From the NCBI GenBank assembly GCA_020724955.1, contig DYFY01000003.1:23463-87462 (forward strand): 64,000 nucleotides of DNA. Reading direction: 5' to 3'. Origin of the DNA: Candidatus Parvarchaeum sp. GTDB taxonomy: Archaea > Nanobdellota > Nanobdellia > Pacearchaeales > GW2011-AR1. The translations under genes were made by a program, and so were the position numbers. Below are positions 45,387 through 53,281 of this stretch, piece by piece. The number at the start of each line of letters is the position of its first letter. The first letter of the stretch is position 1. The notes beneath the pieces were generated by a model. It did no database searches. It saw only the letters and a list, made by a program, of their open reading frames with translations, and was not told the origin of the DNA.

Positions 45387-48300
45387 TAATAAACCCCTCC
45401 CCCAACCTGCAAACAGCTCCCGCGGTTTCCAAAATTATCTTCACATCTGATTGTGTAAATCAAATCTTTTTTGAAGCTTTGCAGGGCGTGCTTCAATTCT
45501 GTTCCCCCGATTTCCGTGGCATTGTCAAAAGTTTCTCCAATAAGATTGGTGCAGCTTTCTTCTGTAACATATTTGCAAACAGCGTTCTCGTCCGTGATAA
45601 CATTCAACACGCCATTTGTATCATAAACTCTTGTTATTAAAGGCCCGTCGTTGTCAAAATCCAGCGTGAATTCTGCTTTCCCCTCTGCGACATTTCCAGC
45701 AACATCCTCGCATCTTATTGGAATTGAATAATTGCCTTCAATAAAAACATTAAATTCAGGTTGTTTGTGTAAACTCTCTCCTGTCTCAAGAAATGCAGAG
45801 AAGCTGTTGCCATAGCCAAACGAGCAGATAGCTTTTCCATTTTCAGCACCTCCTGAAGTTTTAACTTCTAAAGTTATTCGTGTTGGACCTTCAGCTAATA
45901 TTTTTCCTGAAGGTTTAATTTCTGTAATTGTCAAAGCACTCTGGCTCTTCTTTAAATTATAAATCACGCTCTGGCTGTTTGCATTTCTCTCCTTGTTGTC
46001 TGGATTGCTTATTTCAAGCCATGGCTGGTCTTTGCATCTAAAGTAATAATTATTTTCATCCCCTAAAATAGTTAAATTTGCTTCACATGGAAATCCAAAC
46101 AAAGTTTGGTCTCCAATTTCGTTTTTGCAGAAAGCTTCATTACTCATTAACTCATAAGTTTCATCTTTTATGCTCCATTTGCACTCGGCAGGTTCGTTGG
46201 TATAGAAACTTATTTTTTTATCAGTAGCATCCAGCCTCACAAAACTTCCGCTTTCCGGGCTGAATTCTGAAATTATAGGAGGGGTTTTATCATCTTCAGG
46301 AGAAAGGCAGAAATTTATAACATATTGAGGAACATTGGCATTTCCATTTTTATCTTGGCATCTTACATACAAGTTAAAATCTGCCCTCTCGTTTTGATTT
46401 ATTCCAGCAGAAGACAAACTTGCCAGGCTTGGGAGAGCAAAGCTCATTGAATGATTTGTTTTGTATAGATTGCTTCCTCCGAAAAAGCCGGACATTTCCT
46501 CAAAGCTGTTGGTATTCACCACATCTGTTTTGCACTGTGCAGCTTCATCAGTTTTAATTCCAATCTGAACCTGTGTATAAACAGGAAGGCATCCGTCGGA
46601 GGTGTTTCCTCTTGCTTTAAATCCAGAGTCAGATATCTCAATATATTCAACATTATCAGATTTAACCTCAGCATTTTCGCTTATTTTCGGGGGAACAGAG
46701 TCGCTCGGAGAAATATTGACGCAAGCTTCTTCTTCAGTGCCTTCGTTGATGAACTCACATGTCTGCCCGAGGCTTTCACATTTGTATTTGTTGCATGGCA
46801 ATCCGTCTTCAGTATTTCCGCACAATTTGCAGTTCTTCCCGCCGGCAGGGGCCTGCCAAGGCATACATCTAAACTCTACTCTTTTTTCTTCACCCTGTCC
46901 AAGGTAATAAGCCAATCCCGTAGTAATCCCCGCGACAAGTCCGACAGGTCCCAGAAAGCTGAAGCTCAAGGCCAAGCCGGTTCCGGATAATGCAAGAATC
47001 CCTCCTGTAATGCCACTGGCAGCCCCGACAAACAAAGCCTGATTTCCTTTGAGCCCCGCCGCTTTCGCAACAAGCAAGCCGATTCCAGCACCAGCAGCAG
47101 CAGAGACCAGTGCATTTCCTACAACCATTGCGTTTGCAGAAAGGCTGTCTGCTCCAAGAAAATAAGGTATATTGGCAATTCCTGCACCTGCACCTTCTAC
47201 TCCTGCGAGATAAGCCAAAGCATAATCCAAAGCATAAACTCCTGCTCCTGCCAATCCCACAAGCTCAGCAAGCTTTTCATCGGCGTTGGGGTCTTGAGGA
47301 TTTATGTTGTAAATTGCATATATCTCCTCTTTTGTCAAAGGCTGAGCGCTTTGTCCTGGGACTGCTTTCACCAATTCTTTAAGGGATGAAACATACCTCT
47401 CTCCAAGCGGTGGAGAATCTTCTATAAAAACTCCGTCATCTGTAAACTCTCCCGCCACATTAATATGCGCCCCACAATCTCCGAGACTTATACAAGCGTT
47501 GTTCATAGTTTCGCCAAAAATAGCTTCCCTGCATTTAGTATTTGTACTGCTTTCAAAAAGTCCGCCTCTGTAGGTATCGCAGTTAACGCTCAAAATACTG
47601 CACAACTTTTCTGATATTTCACTATCTGCCTCAAAATGAGCAGGGTTTTTTGGAACGCATATTGAAAACTTAAAATCGTCATCTATGTCAACATTTTTTA
47701 AATAACAATCGGTGTTGGCTTCGCACTCTTCTTTGAGCCTTTCAGGATTTTCCTGATGCTCATTAGCGGCGAGACATGCCTGCCAGTTGTTTGCCCTGCA
47801 CTCTGCTCTGGAGTTTCCTATTTGAGTTGTTTGCTGAAAACAAACTTCTTTTCTTCCAGGGGCGCATGGCTCAAGTATGACTTCTCCCTCACGACATACT
47901 TCTTTATAATGGCTGCTTCCCGGAATGTCAACGCTCCTTGCTGAATTCCCTGATAAGTCTATTATTTTTTTGTTCAGTTTATTTTGATTGCATATCTCTC
48001 CTGTAGATGCTTTAAACCCAAAAGAATATATTCCTGACTGGAAATTGTCAGGAATTCTAAATCTGTATTGAATTCCGGCGTTTCTGTTTTTTCTAATAAG
48101 CTCTATTTTTTCCAATGGTCCAGATGCAACGCTATTTTCTCGTGAAGGAAAGTAGTTTTGAAATTCAAGAGAATCGGCAACATTATTTCCTTGAGAGTCC
48201 AGCACGATAAGCTCAACAGAGATGTCTCTTAAAACAACATCATCAAGGCTCGCAAAAAATACATCGGCAGTGGCATAAACAAAATCTCCCGGCTTCAAAT

Positions 48301-49546
48301 CACCACTATCTAAAAAAATGGCTCGAACATTTATAGAATTTCTCCACTCTAAGTTTCCTATACTGGTTTCTCCAAAGCCACTTGGAGTTTCTCCGCATAA
48401 ATTGACATCAGGAGGTTCAATAAAATTTTGTTCAGGGCTTATCTCTCCATCAACCCCAATTTGTCCCTCTGTCACGCACCAGCTTTCCCCATTTTGTCTT
48501 GCATTTCCCCACCTGTCTGTACAGCCAAGATTTCTGCAGACAAAGTTTCCGTCAATAGGTTTGGTTGTTTTAGAGCTTGCAGGGCTGCAAACGCTTCCAG
48601 CAAATCTGTTGCAGTTCCCGCAGCTGGCAGCGCTTCCTAATGGGTCTCCTTGAGCCCCGAGCTCGCAAACATTTTCATCATTCAAATCCATGACCTTTCC
48701 ATTATTCCAGCTTCTGTCTTTTGCAGCCTGGCTTCCCGATTCGTAAATGTTTTCTCTGTTTCCGCACGAATCAATCCAATAAACTCCGTCTTTTCCTTCA
48801 ACACAGCTGGTTGTTTTTTGTCTTTCACACTCTGTATTTAAATCAGGATTCGAGCATAAATATCCGGAATAAAATTGCCCTTGTCTGTTTGCACACTCCT
48901 TTTTTGTTGTAAACTTGCATTTATTCTTTTCCCTTTCTGGATTGGCGGAAACACACGCTCCCTCGAAATCAGGGTCAATCATCGCGATACACTGAATTTC
49001 ATTGTTAACATCAGCATGGAAATTAAAGGTATTGCCTTCTGAAATTATTGCGCATTGCTGCTCGGTTGCAAGCTGTGCATTGCTTCCGAACAAACAGCAT
49101 CCCTGTCTGCATTCAGGGATTTCATTTATTCCATTTTCATTCCATTCAGCTCCGCCCTCTTCGCAAAAAAACTTTGGGCTGTTCGGAGTGCAAGTTCCAG
49201 AAATTTTATCTATACAAGTCCCTGTTTTGCACTGGCTTACAGCTACAGAAGAAACCGGGATACACGCTTCAGAACATTTAGAATCGCATTCACTACTCAA
49301 GTATTCCTGGCATTTTTTGCCTTGAATATCAACAAGGCATGTAGAAATAGAGATTTGAGTTTGCGCGCTGACTATTCCTTTAGAAAGCCATCCTAAAACA
49401 AGCTCTCTGATTTTAACAATCAGCCTGCTTTCTTCGGCATCTCCGCTGACAGCCATATAACTTGATTCGTGAAATATATACGCAAATGCAAAAATAGCGC
49501 ACACAATAATCATTATCTCAGATATGGCTGCCACTTCTTTTTTCAT
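45386..49546 (-). CDS. Giant (about 1386 aa) cysteine-rich membrane/surface protein equivalent to the 510-aa and 779-aa proteins fused
   Basis: I placed the start at MKKEVAAISEIMIIVCAIFAFAYIF (ATG at 49546, overlapping the upstream stop as TAATG); the track ORF starts at 49570. The domain order is an N-terminal TM helix, then a Cys-rich region with a CARDB-like insert. A Gly/Ala-rich hydrophobic block follows, then FRCMPWQAPAGGKNCKLCGNTEDGLPCNKYKCESLGQTCE and Ig-like modules. Confidence 0.65.
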   Translation of the reverse strand: MKKEVAAISEIMIIVCAIFAFAYIFHESSYMAVSGDAEESRLIVKIRELVLGWLSKGIVSAQTQISISTCLVDIQGKKCQEYLSSECDSKCSEACIPVSSVAVSQCKTGTCIDKISGTCTPNSPKFFCEEGGAEWNENGINEIPECRQGCCLFGSNAQLATEQQCAIISEGNTFNFHADVNNEIQCIAMIDPDFEGACVSANPEREKNKCKFTTKKECANRQGQFYSGYLCSNPDLNTECERQKTTSCVEGKDGVYWIDSCGNRENIYESGSQAAKDRSWNNGKVMDLNDENVCELGAQGDPLGSAASCGNCNRFAGSVCSPASSKTTKPIDGNFVCRNLGCTDRWGNARQNGESWCVTEGQIGVDGEISPEQNFIEPPDVNLCGETPSGFGETSIGNLEWRNSINVRAIFLDSGDLKPGDFVYATADVFFASLDDVVLRDISVELIVLDSQGNNVADSLEFQNYFPSRENSVASGPLEKIELIRKNRNAGIQYRFRIPDNFQSGIYSFGFKASTGEICNQNKLNKKIIDLSGNSARSVDIPGSSHYKEVCREGEVILEPCAPGRKEVCFQQTTQIGNSRAECRANNWQACLAANEHQENPERLKEECEANTDCYLKNVDIDDDFKFSICVPKNPAHFEADSEISEKLCSILSVNCDTYRGGLFESSTNTKCREAIFGETMNNACISLGDCGAHINVAGEFTDDGVFIEDSPPLGERYVSSLKELVKAVPGQSAQPLTKEEIYAIYNINPQDPNADEKLAELVGLAGAGVYALDYALAYLAGVEGAGAGIANIPYFLGADSLSANAMVVGNALVSAAAGAGIGLLVAKAAGLKGNQALFVGAASGITGGILALSGTGLALSFSFLGPVGLVAGITTGLAYYLGQGEEKRVEFRCMPWQAPAGGKNCKLCGNTEDGLPCNKYKCESLGQTCEFINEGTEEEACVNISPSDSVPPKISENAEVKSDNVEYIEISDSGFKARGNTSDGCLPVYTQVQIGIKTDEAAQCKTDVVNTNSFEEMSGFFGGSNLYKTNHSMSFALPSLASLSSAGINQNERADFNLYVRCQDKNGNANVPQYVINFCLSPEDDKTPPIISEFSPESGSFVRLDATDKKISFYTNEPAECKWSIKDETYELMSNEAFCKNEIGDQTLFGFPCEANLTILGDENNYYFRCKDQPWLEISNPDNKERNANSQSVIYNLKKSQSALTITEIKPSGKILAEGPTRITLEVKTSGGAENGKAICSFGYGNSFSAFLETGESLHKQPEFNVFIEGNYSIPIRCEDVAGNVAEGKAEFTLDFDNDGPLITRVYDTNGVLNVITDENAVCKYVTEESCTNLIGETFDNATEIGGTELKHALQSFKKDLIYTIRCEDNFGNRGSCLQVGGGVY

Positions 49547-50367
49547 TAAAATCCTGCGGGAATGGCGCACCCCCTTATAGCTATATGCATTTTCTTTCCT
49601 GTATTTTTATGCTCTATAGTATAAATCTCTGTCGAATCAGACATGACATTTTTGCGGACATCAAAATCCCTATAAAGCAGGCTGTATCCTTCAGCAGAAA
49701 AATGGCAGAATTGCGCTTCCTGCCTGACAATTTCAGAAGCAACATAACCAAGCTCGCCCAGCGGAGTCGGTAAAGTTGTCTTTATTTCCTCAAAAACCTG
49801 GCTGCTTCCAGAGCCAGAGACAACTATGTTTCCTGTCATTAAGATTTCGGCAGTCTCAGGATTCAGCATGACCTTTACACTTTCTATTTCTCCGGAAACA
49901 GCAAAATTTCTTCTTTCTGCTTCCTCTCTAAAAGAATTGAGGCATTCAGCAGCACCGGAGCTGATTTCTCTCTCAATTTCTCTCTCAATTTCACTCAAAA
50001 GAGCCGGATGCTGGTTTATGCAAGGTTTGTAATAATTTATGTTCTCGCACAAATATGTAGCTTTAATGTCATTAAAAGTCTTATAGTTTTGAGGATTGAC
50101 AAATCCTCCCTGCTCAATTGCGCTGTCTATCTTCTTTCTGGCTTCCTGCCTTATGCATTGGTCCAGGTAAGTTTCAGGATTGAACTCAGCACTTCCGGAA
50201 ATACCAGGAGAAATTCTAAAAGCAAAAAACAAAGAGACAACAGCTATAATAATAATAGCAACAATGATGAAGATAGCCACCTGCCCTCTTTTTTGCAAAT
50301 CAAATTCATTTCTTATGTTTACCAAATTTAACCTCACAGAAAAATTTAATTGCTTCCTCAACAACAT
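49546..50367 (-). CDS. Class-III signal peptide (pilin-like) protein, module A
   Basis: 273-aa ORF containing ...DLQKRGQ|VAIFIIVAIIIIAVVSLFFAF. The ATG at 50367 would overlap the RHH gene by 62 nt. A TTG at 50298 would give (M)QKRGQ..., parallel to MEKKGQ in its paralog, and is an equally plausible start. Confidence 0.5.
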   Translation of the reverse strand: MLLRKQLNFSVRLNLVNIRNEFDLQKRGQVAIFIIVAIIIIAVVSLFFAFRISPGISGSAEFNPETYLDQCIRQEARKKIDSAIEQGGFVNPQNYKTFNDIKATYLCENINYYKPCINQHPALLSEIEREIEREISSGAAECLNSFREEAERRNFAVSGEIESVKVMLNPETAEILMTGNIVVSGSGSSQVFEEIKTTLPTPLGELGYVASEIVRQEAQFCHFSAEGYSLLYRDFDVRKNVMSDSTEIYTIEHKNTGKKMHIAIRGCAIPAGF

Positions 50368-50470
50368 GAGAAATATTTCTATATGGGCCTTCTTTTATGA
50401 CTCCCTCAATTTTTCTTTTTGTTTCAGGATCAACTGTAGCCGATATTCTGGTCTTGTTCTCTTTCCTCAT
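50306..50470 (-). CDS. Ribbon-helix-helix (CopG/Arc/MetJ-type) DNA-binding protein
   Basis: Hand-translated 54-aa ORF below the track cutoff: MRKENKTRISATVDPETKRKIEGVIKEGPYRNISHVVEEAIKFFCEVKFGKHKK. It shows the beta-strand, helix, helix pattern of RHH proteins. It is the first gene of the minus-strand array. Confidence 0.6.
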   Translation of the reverse strand: MRKENKTRISATVDPETKRKIEGVIKEGPYRNISHVVEEAIKFFCEVKFGKHKK

Positions 50471-50473
50471 GGT

Positions 50474-50525
50474 TAAGTAATACTTTATCCTATTTTTTGT
50501 TATAAAATATATTAGATATTACTTA
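50474..50525. promoter_or_regulatory. 9-bp perfect inverted repeat bracketing the presumed promoter of the RHH-led array
   Basis: TAAGTAATA (50474-50482) and TATTACTTA (50517-50525) are separated by a 34-nt spacer containing TATA-like AT tracts. The first arm begins 4 nt upstream of the RHH ATG. Confidence 0.35.
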
Positions 50526-50565
50526 GATTTTAGTGTATTTAAAGGCTTCTAAGAATCTGGGAAAG

Positions 50566-51297
50566 TTAGTCTTCCTGCTCGACTCTCGGAGCGAGCACAA
50601 AAGAAAGCATGACTTTTCCGGTTGGAAAGTTAAGTCTCATCGGATGATTATCGGAGAAATTGATTTCAGCTCTGTTTGACAGCTTAGCTCCCTTTATGAA
50701 TTTGCTGAGATATTCCAAAGAAAATCTGGCAGAACTGCTGTCGGAGTATATTTCTGCCTCGTCGCTGGAAAACTCTATTCTGGAAGAATGAAGCCCCTTT
50801 GCTTCAATAATGAATTTATTCGGCTGTGCGATAAAACTGCAAGCATCTGAAACAACAAGGCAGTCTTCAATGGCGTCCACAAAAGCCTGCGAATCCATTT
50901 TTATAACACTCTTAAATTCCCATTCAGGCATTGTCTTGTCCTCTCCTTCAATATCAATCAATGCGAGTGTAAAGTCTCTTTTTATTTTGCTTCTTATTCC
51001 TATTCTAAGGAGGTTTTCATCTTCTTTTTCTATAACCAAGCTTCCTCCTATCCCGCTTCTCCTGAGAATATTCTTTAAGTCACCGAGATTAACCCCAAGT
51101 ACTTCTTCCTTTTCCACCTGAAATTCAGAAAAAAGCTCTGGAGGAATATTAAAATAAACCATCGCGACAGTCGCCGGATCCACTGCCGTAAGGCTCATGC
51201 CATCTTTATTTACTCTTATTTTGACTTCTGTAACCAATTCAGAGATTACTCCAACAAGATTAGCAAAAAATCTCGGGTCTTCCAGCTTTAATAACAT
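50566..51297 (-). CDS. pcn: DNA polymerase sliding clamp PCNA
   Basis: 243 aa. It has a typical archaeal PCNA N-terminus (LEDPRFFANLVGVISELVTEVKIRVNKDGMSLTAVDPATVAMV), length and an acidic C-terminus. Confidence 0.9.
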   Translation of the reverse strand: MLLKLEDPRFFANLVGVISELVTEVKIRVNKDGMSLTAVDPATVAMVYFNIPPELFSEFQVEKEEVLGVNLGDLKNILRRSGIGGSLVIEKEDENLLRIGIRSKIKRDFTLALIDIEGEDKTMPEWEFKSVIKMDSQAFVDAIEDCLVVSDACSFIAQPNKFIIEAKGLHSSRIEFSSDEAEIYSDSSSARFSLEYLSKFIKGAKLSNRAEINFSDNHPMRLNFPTGKVMLSFVLAPRVEQED

Positions 51298-51665
51298 AGA
51301 TTACACCATCCGCCCTGACTTTTAAGGATTGTTGTAGTGGAAAGATAGAAAAAGCCTATTCCTCCCCAATCGTAGGAACTGCGTCTCCACAAATTAAGGT
51401 CGCTGAGCCCACAGCGTAACAATCAACATGCAGTGTACAACGTGCTTCAGAAGTAATTATTTCTGTACTCCAAAAACAATTATCTATAATAATCTCACCT
51501 TGCTTTGGAGGAGCTCCGGCAGCCAAAGGATCAACAATTTCGCAGAACTCTAAGACTATTTGTCCATCGCATCTCCCCGAGAAAAAAACATAGTTAAAGA
51601 AGTTTATTCTGTATGTTTTTCCTCGCTACAATAAACAATATAAAACAGCTTCTTTTCTGACTTTA

Positions 51666-53246
51666 ATGTCTGAGAATCCAGAAACTCCGAAGGTTAAGAG
51701 CATAGCCAGACTTTATTATTCAAATCCTGCCGTGAAAGAGGCTATTTTTGAATTCGCTAAAAAAAGGGAAGTTGTTCCGAGGTATTATGAGGGGTTTGGA
51801 AAAAGGCCGGATACTCTGCAATACCCTGATGACATTCAAGGTTTGGTTAACAAAGGAGCAACCTCTTTCCACGCGTCAGAAGAAATCTGGACAGACCCTC
51901 TTGAAATAAATTCCGAAATGTCGCAGGAAGAGCTTTCCTCGCTAAGAGATTCATGGGACTTGCTCATAGACATAGACTCTCCCTATTTGGATTATTCAAA
52001 AATAGCTGCAAGGCTTATAATCAGCGAGCTTGAAAATTATGGAATCAAATCCTACGGCCTGAAGTTCTCCGGTTCAAAAGGGTTTCACATAATTGTGCCA
52101 GCGAAGGCCTTCCCAGAAAATTTTAACGGAGTAAAAACAAAGTTAATGTTCCCCGAATGGCCGAGAGCCATATCCGAATATTTAATGAATAAGATAAAGC
52201 CTTTTTATAACAAAGAAGTCGGAGCGCTCGGAATAAACTTTCAGGCTCTGAAAGAGAGGACAAACCTCTCCAAAGAAGACGTGGTTGAAATGTTATGTCC
52301 TAACTGCAATTCATCTGCCAAAAAAACCAACCTTGTTTTTCTTGAATGTAATCGTTGTGGCAACAAGCAGATAAAACCGAATTATAAAATCACAAAACGC
52401 GCTTTAAAGTGCATCGAAATCACTTGCCCAGGAGCTTACGAGATTAAGGAAGAAAAAGAGCTTTTTTCATGTGAAAACTGCAGTTATTCAAGTTTGAACA
52501 AGCTTGACTTCAAAACAAAGCATATGGTAGTTCACACTCCCGAAGCGAAAAAGCTAAAATTTTCTGAGGAATTCAAAGAAGAGGTTTCAGCTTCAAAGCT
52601 CGGCTCTCTGGATTTGGTTTTGGTTTCTTCCAGGCACTTATTCAGAATGCCCTACTCTCTTCATGAGAAGACCTCGCTGGCAAGCATAGTCTTGGACAAG
52701 TCAGAGCTTCAGGCTTTTTCTCCAAAAGATGCAGGCCCCTTGAAAGTTAAAATAAAAGATTTTTACAAAACTCCAAATCATGCAGAGGCTCTCTCTCTTT
52801 TGTCAGAAGCGTTAAAATGGAAATCTCTTCAGGAAGCCGGACACGAGAAAGAGTCATACAAAAAATACGAGGGCTTCCAGGAAACAGATTTTTCAAACAT
52901 AACTGAAGAGATGTTTCCAAAGCCGATAAAAAAACTTCTTAAAGGCCTGACAGACGGCAGAAAACGCGGGCTTTTTGTGCTCATCACGTTTCTGCGCTCT
53001 TCAGGGTTTTCAGCAGATTACATAAATAAATCTGTGCGCGATTGGAATAAGAAAAATTCTCCTCCGCTCAAAGAAGGATATATTAAATCACAGATAGAAT
53101 GGCATTTGAAACAGAAGAAAAAAATTCTTCCTCCAAACTATTCAAATCAGAGTTTTTACAGAGACTTAAAGCTTTTAGATTCAGAGCCGAAATTTAAAAA
53201 TCCTTTGGCAGAGCTTTCAAGCATTGCAAAAAGGCAGAAAGACTAA
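51666..53246 (+). CDS. priS: Archaeo-eukaryotic DNA primase: PriS catalytic domain fused to a PriL-CTD-like module
   Basis: 526 aa. It has AEP motifs DLLIDIDS, FSGSKGFHIIVP and LFRMPYSLHEKT, plus a Zn ribbon (CPNCNS...CNRCGN). The C-terminal segment MFPKPIKKLLKGLTDGRKRGLFVLITFLRSSGFSADYI...ILPPNY resembles the PriL C-terminal domain but has no Cys. Confidence 0.8.
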   Translation: MSENPETPKVKSIARLYYSNPAVKEAIFEFAKKREVVPRYYEGFGKRPDTLQYPDDIQGLVNKGATSFHASEEIWTDPLEINSEMSQEELSSLRDSWDLLIDIDSPYLDYSKIAARLIISELENYGIKSYGLKFSGSKGFHIIVPAKAFPENFNGVKTKLMFPEWPRAISEYLMNKIKPFYNKEVGALGINFQALKERTNLSKEDVVEMLCPNCNSSAKKTNLVFLECNRCGNKQIKPNYKITKRALKCIEITCPGAYEIKEEKELFSCENCSYSSLNKLDFKTKHMVVHTPEAKKLKFSEEFKEEVSASKLGSLDLVLVSSRHLFRMPYSLHEKTSLASIVLDKSELQAFSPKDAGPLKVKIKDFYKTPNHAEALSLLSEALKWKSLQEAGHEKESYKKYEGFQETDFSNITEEMFPKPIKKLLKGLTDGRKRGLFVLITFLRSSGFSADYINKSVRDWNKKNSPPLKEGYIKSQIEWHLKQKKKILPPNYSNQSFYRDLKLLDSEPKFKNPLAELSSIAKRQKD

Positions 53247-53281
53247 GCAAGCTTTTTAAACATCTTCTCCTTACTAAAAAT

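Noticed and set aside
34778-50470. Calling the locus a complete type IV pilus or archaellum system
   Set aside because: No FlaI/PilB-like ATPase (no Walker A/B hexameric ATPase ORF), FlaJ/PilC-like polytopic platform or PibD-type aspartyl peptidase is present in the window. Only pilin-like N-termini are seen, so the machinery assignment stays hypothetical.
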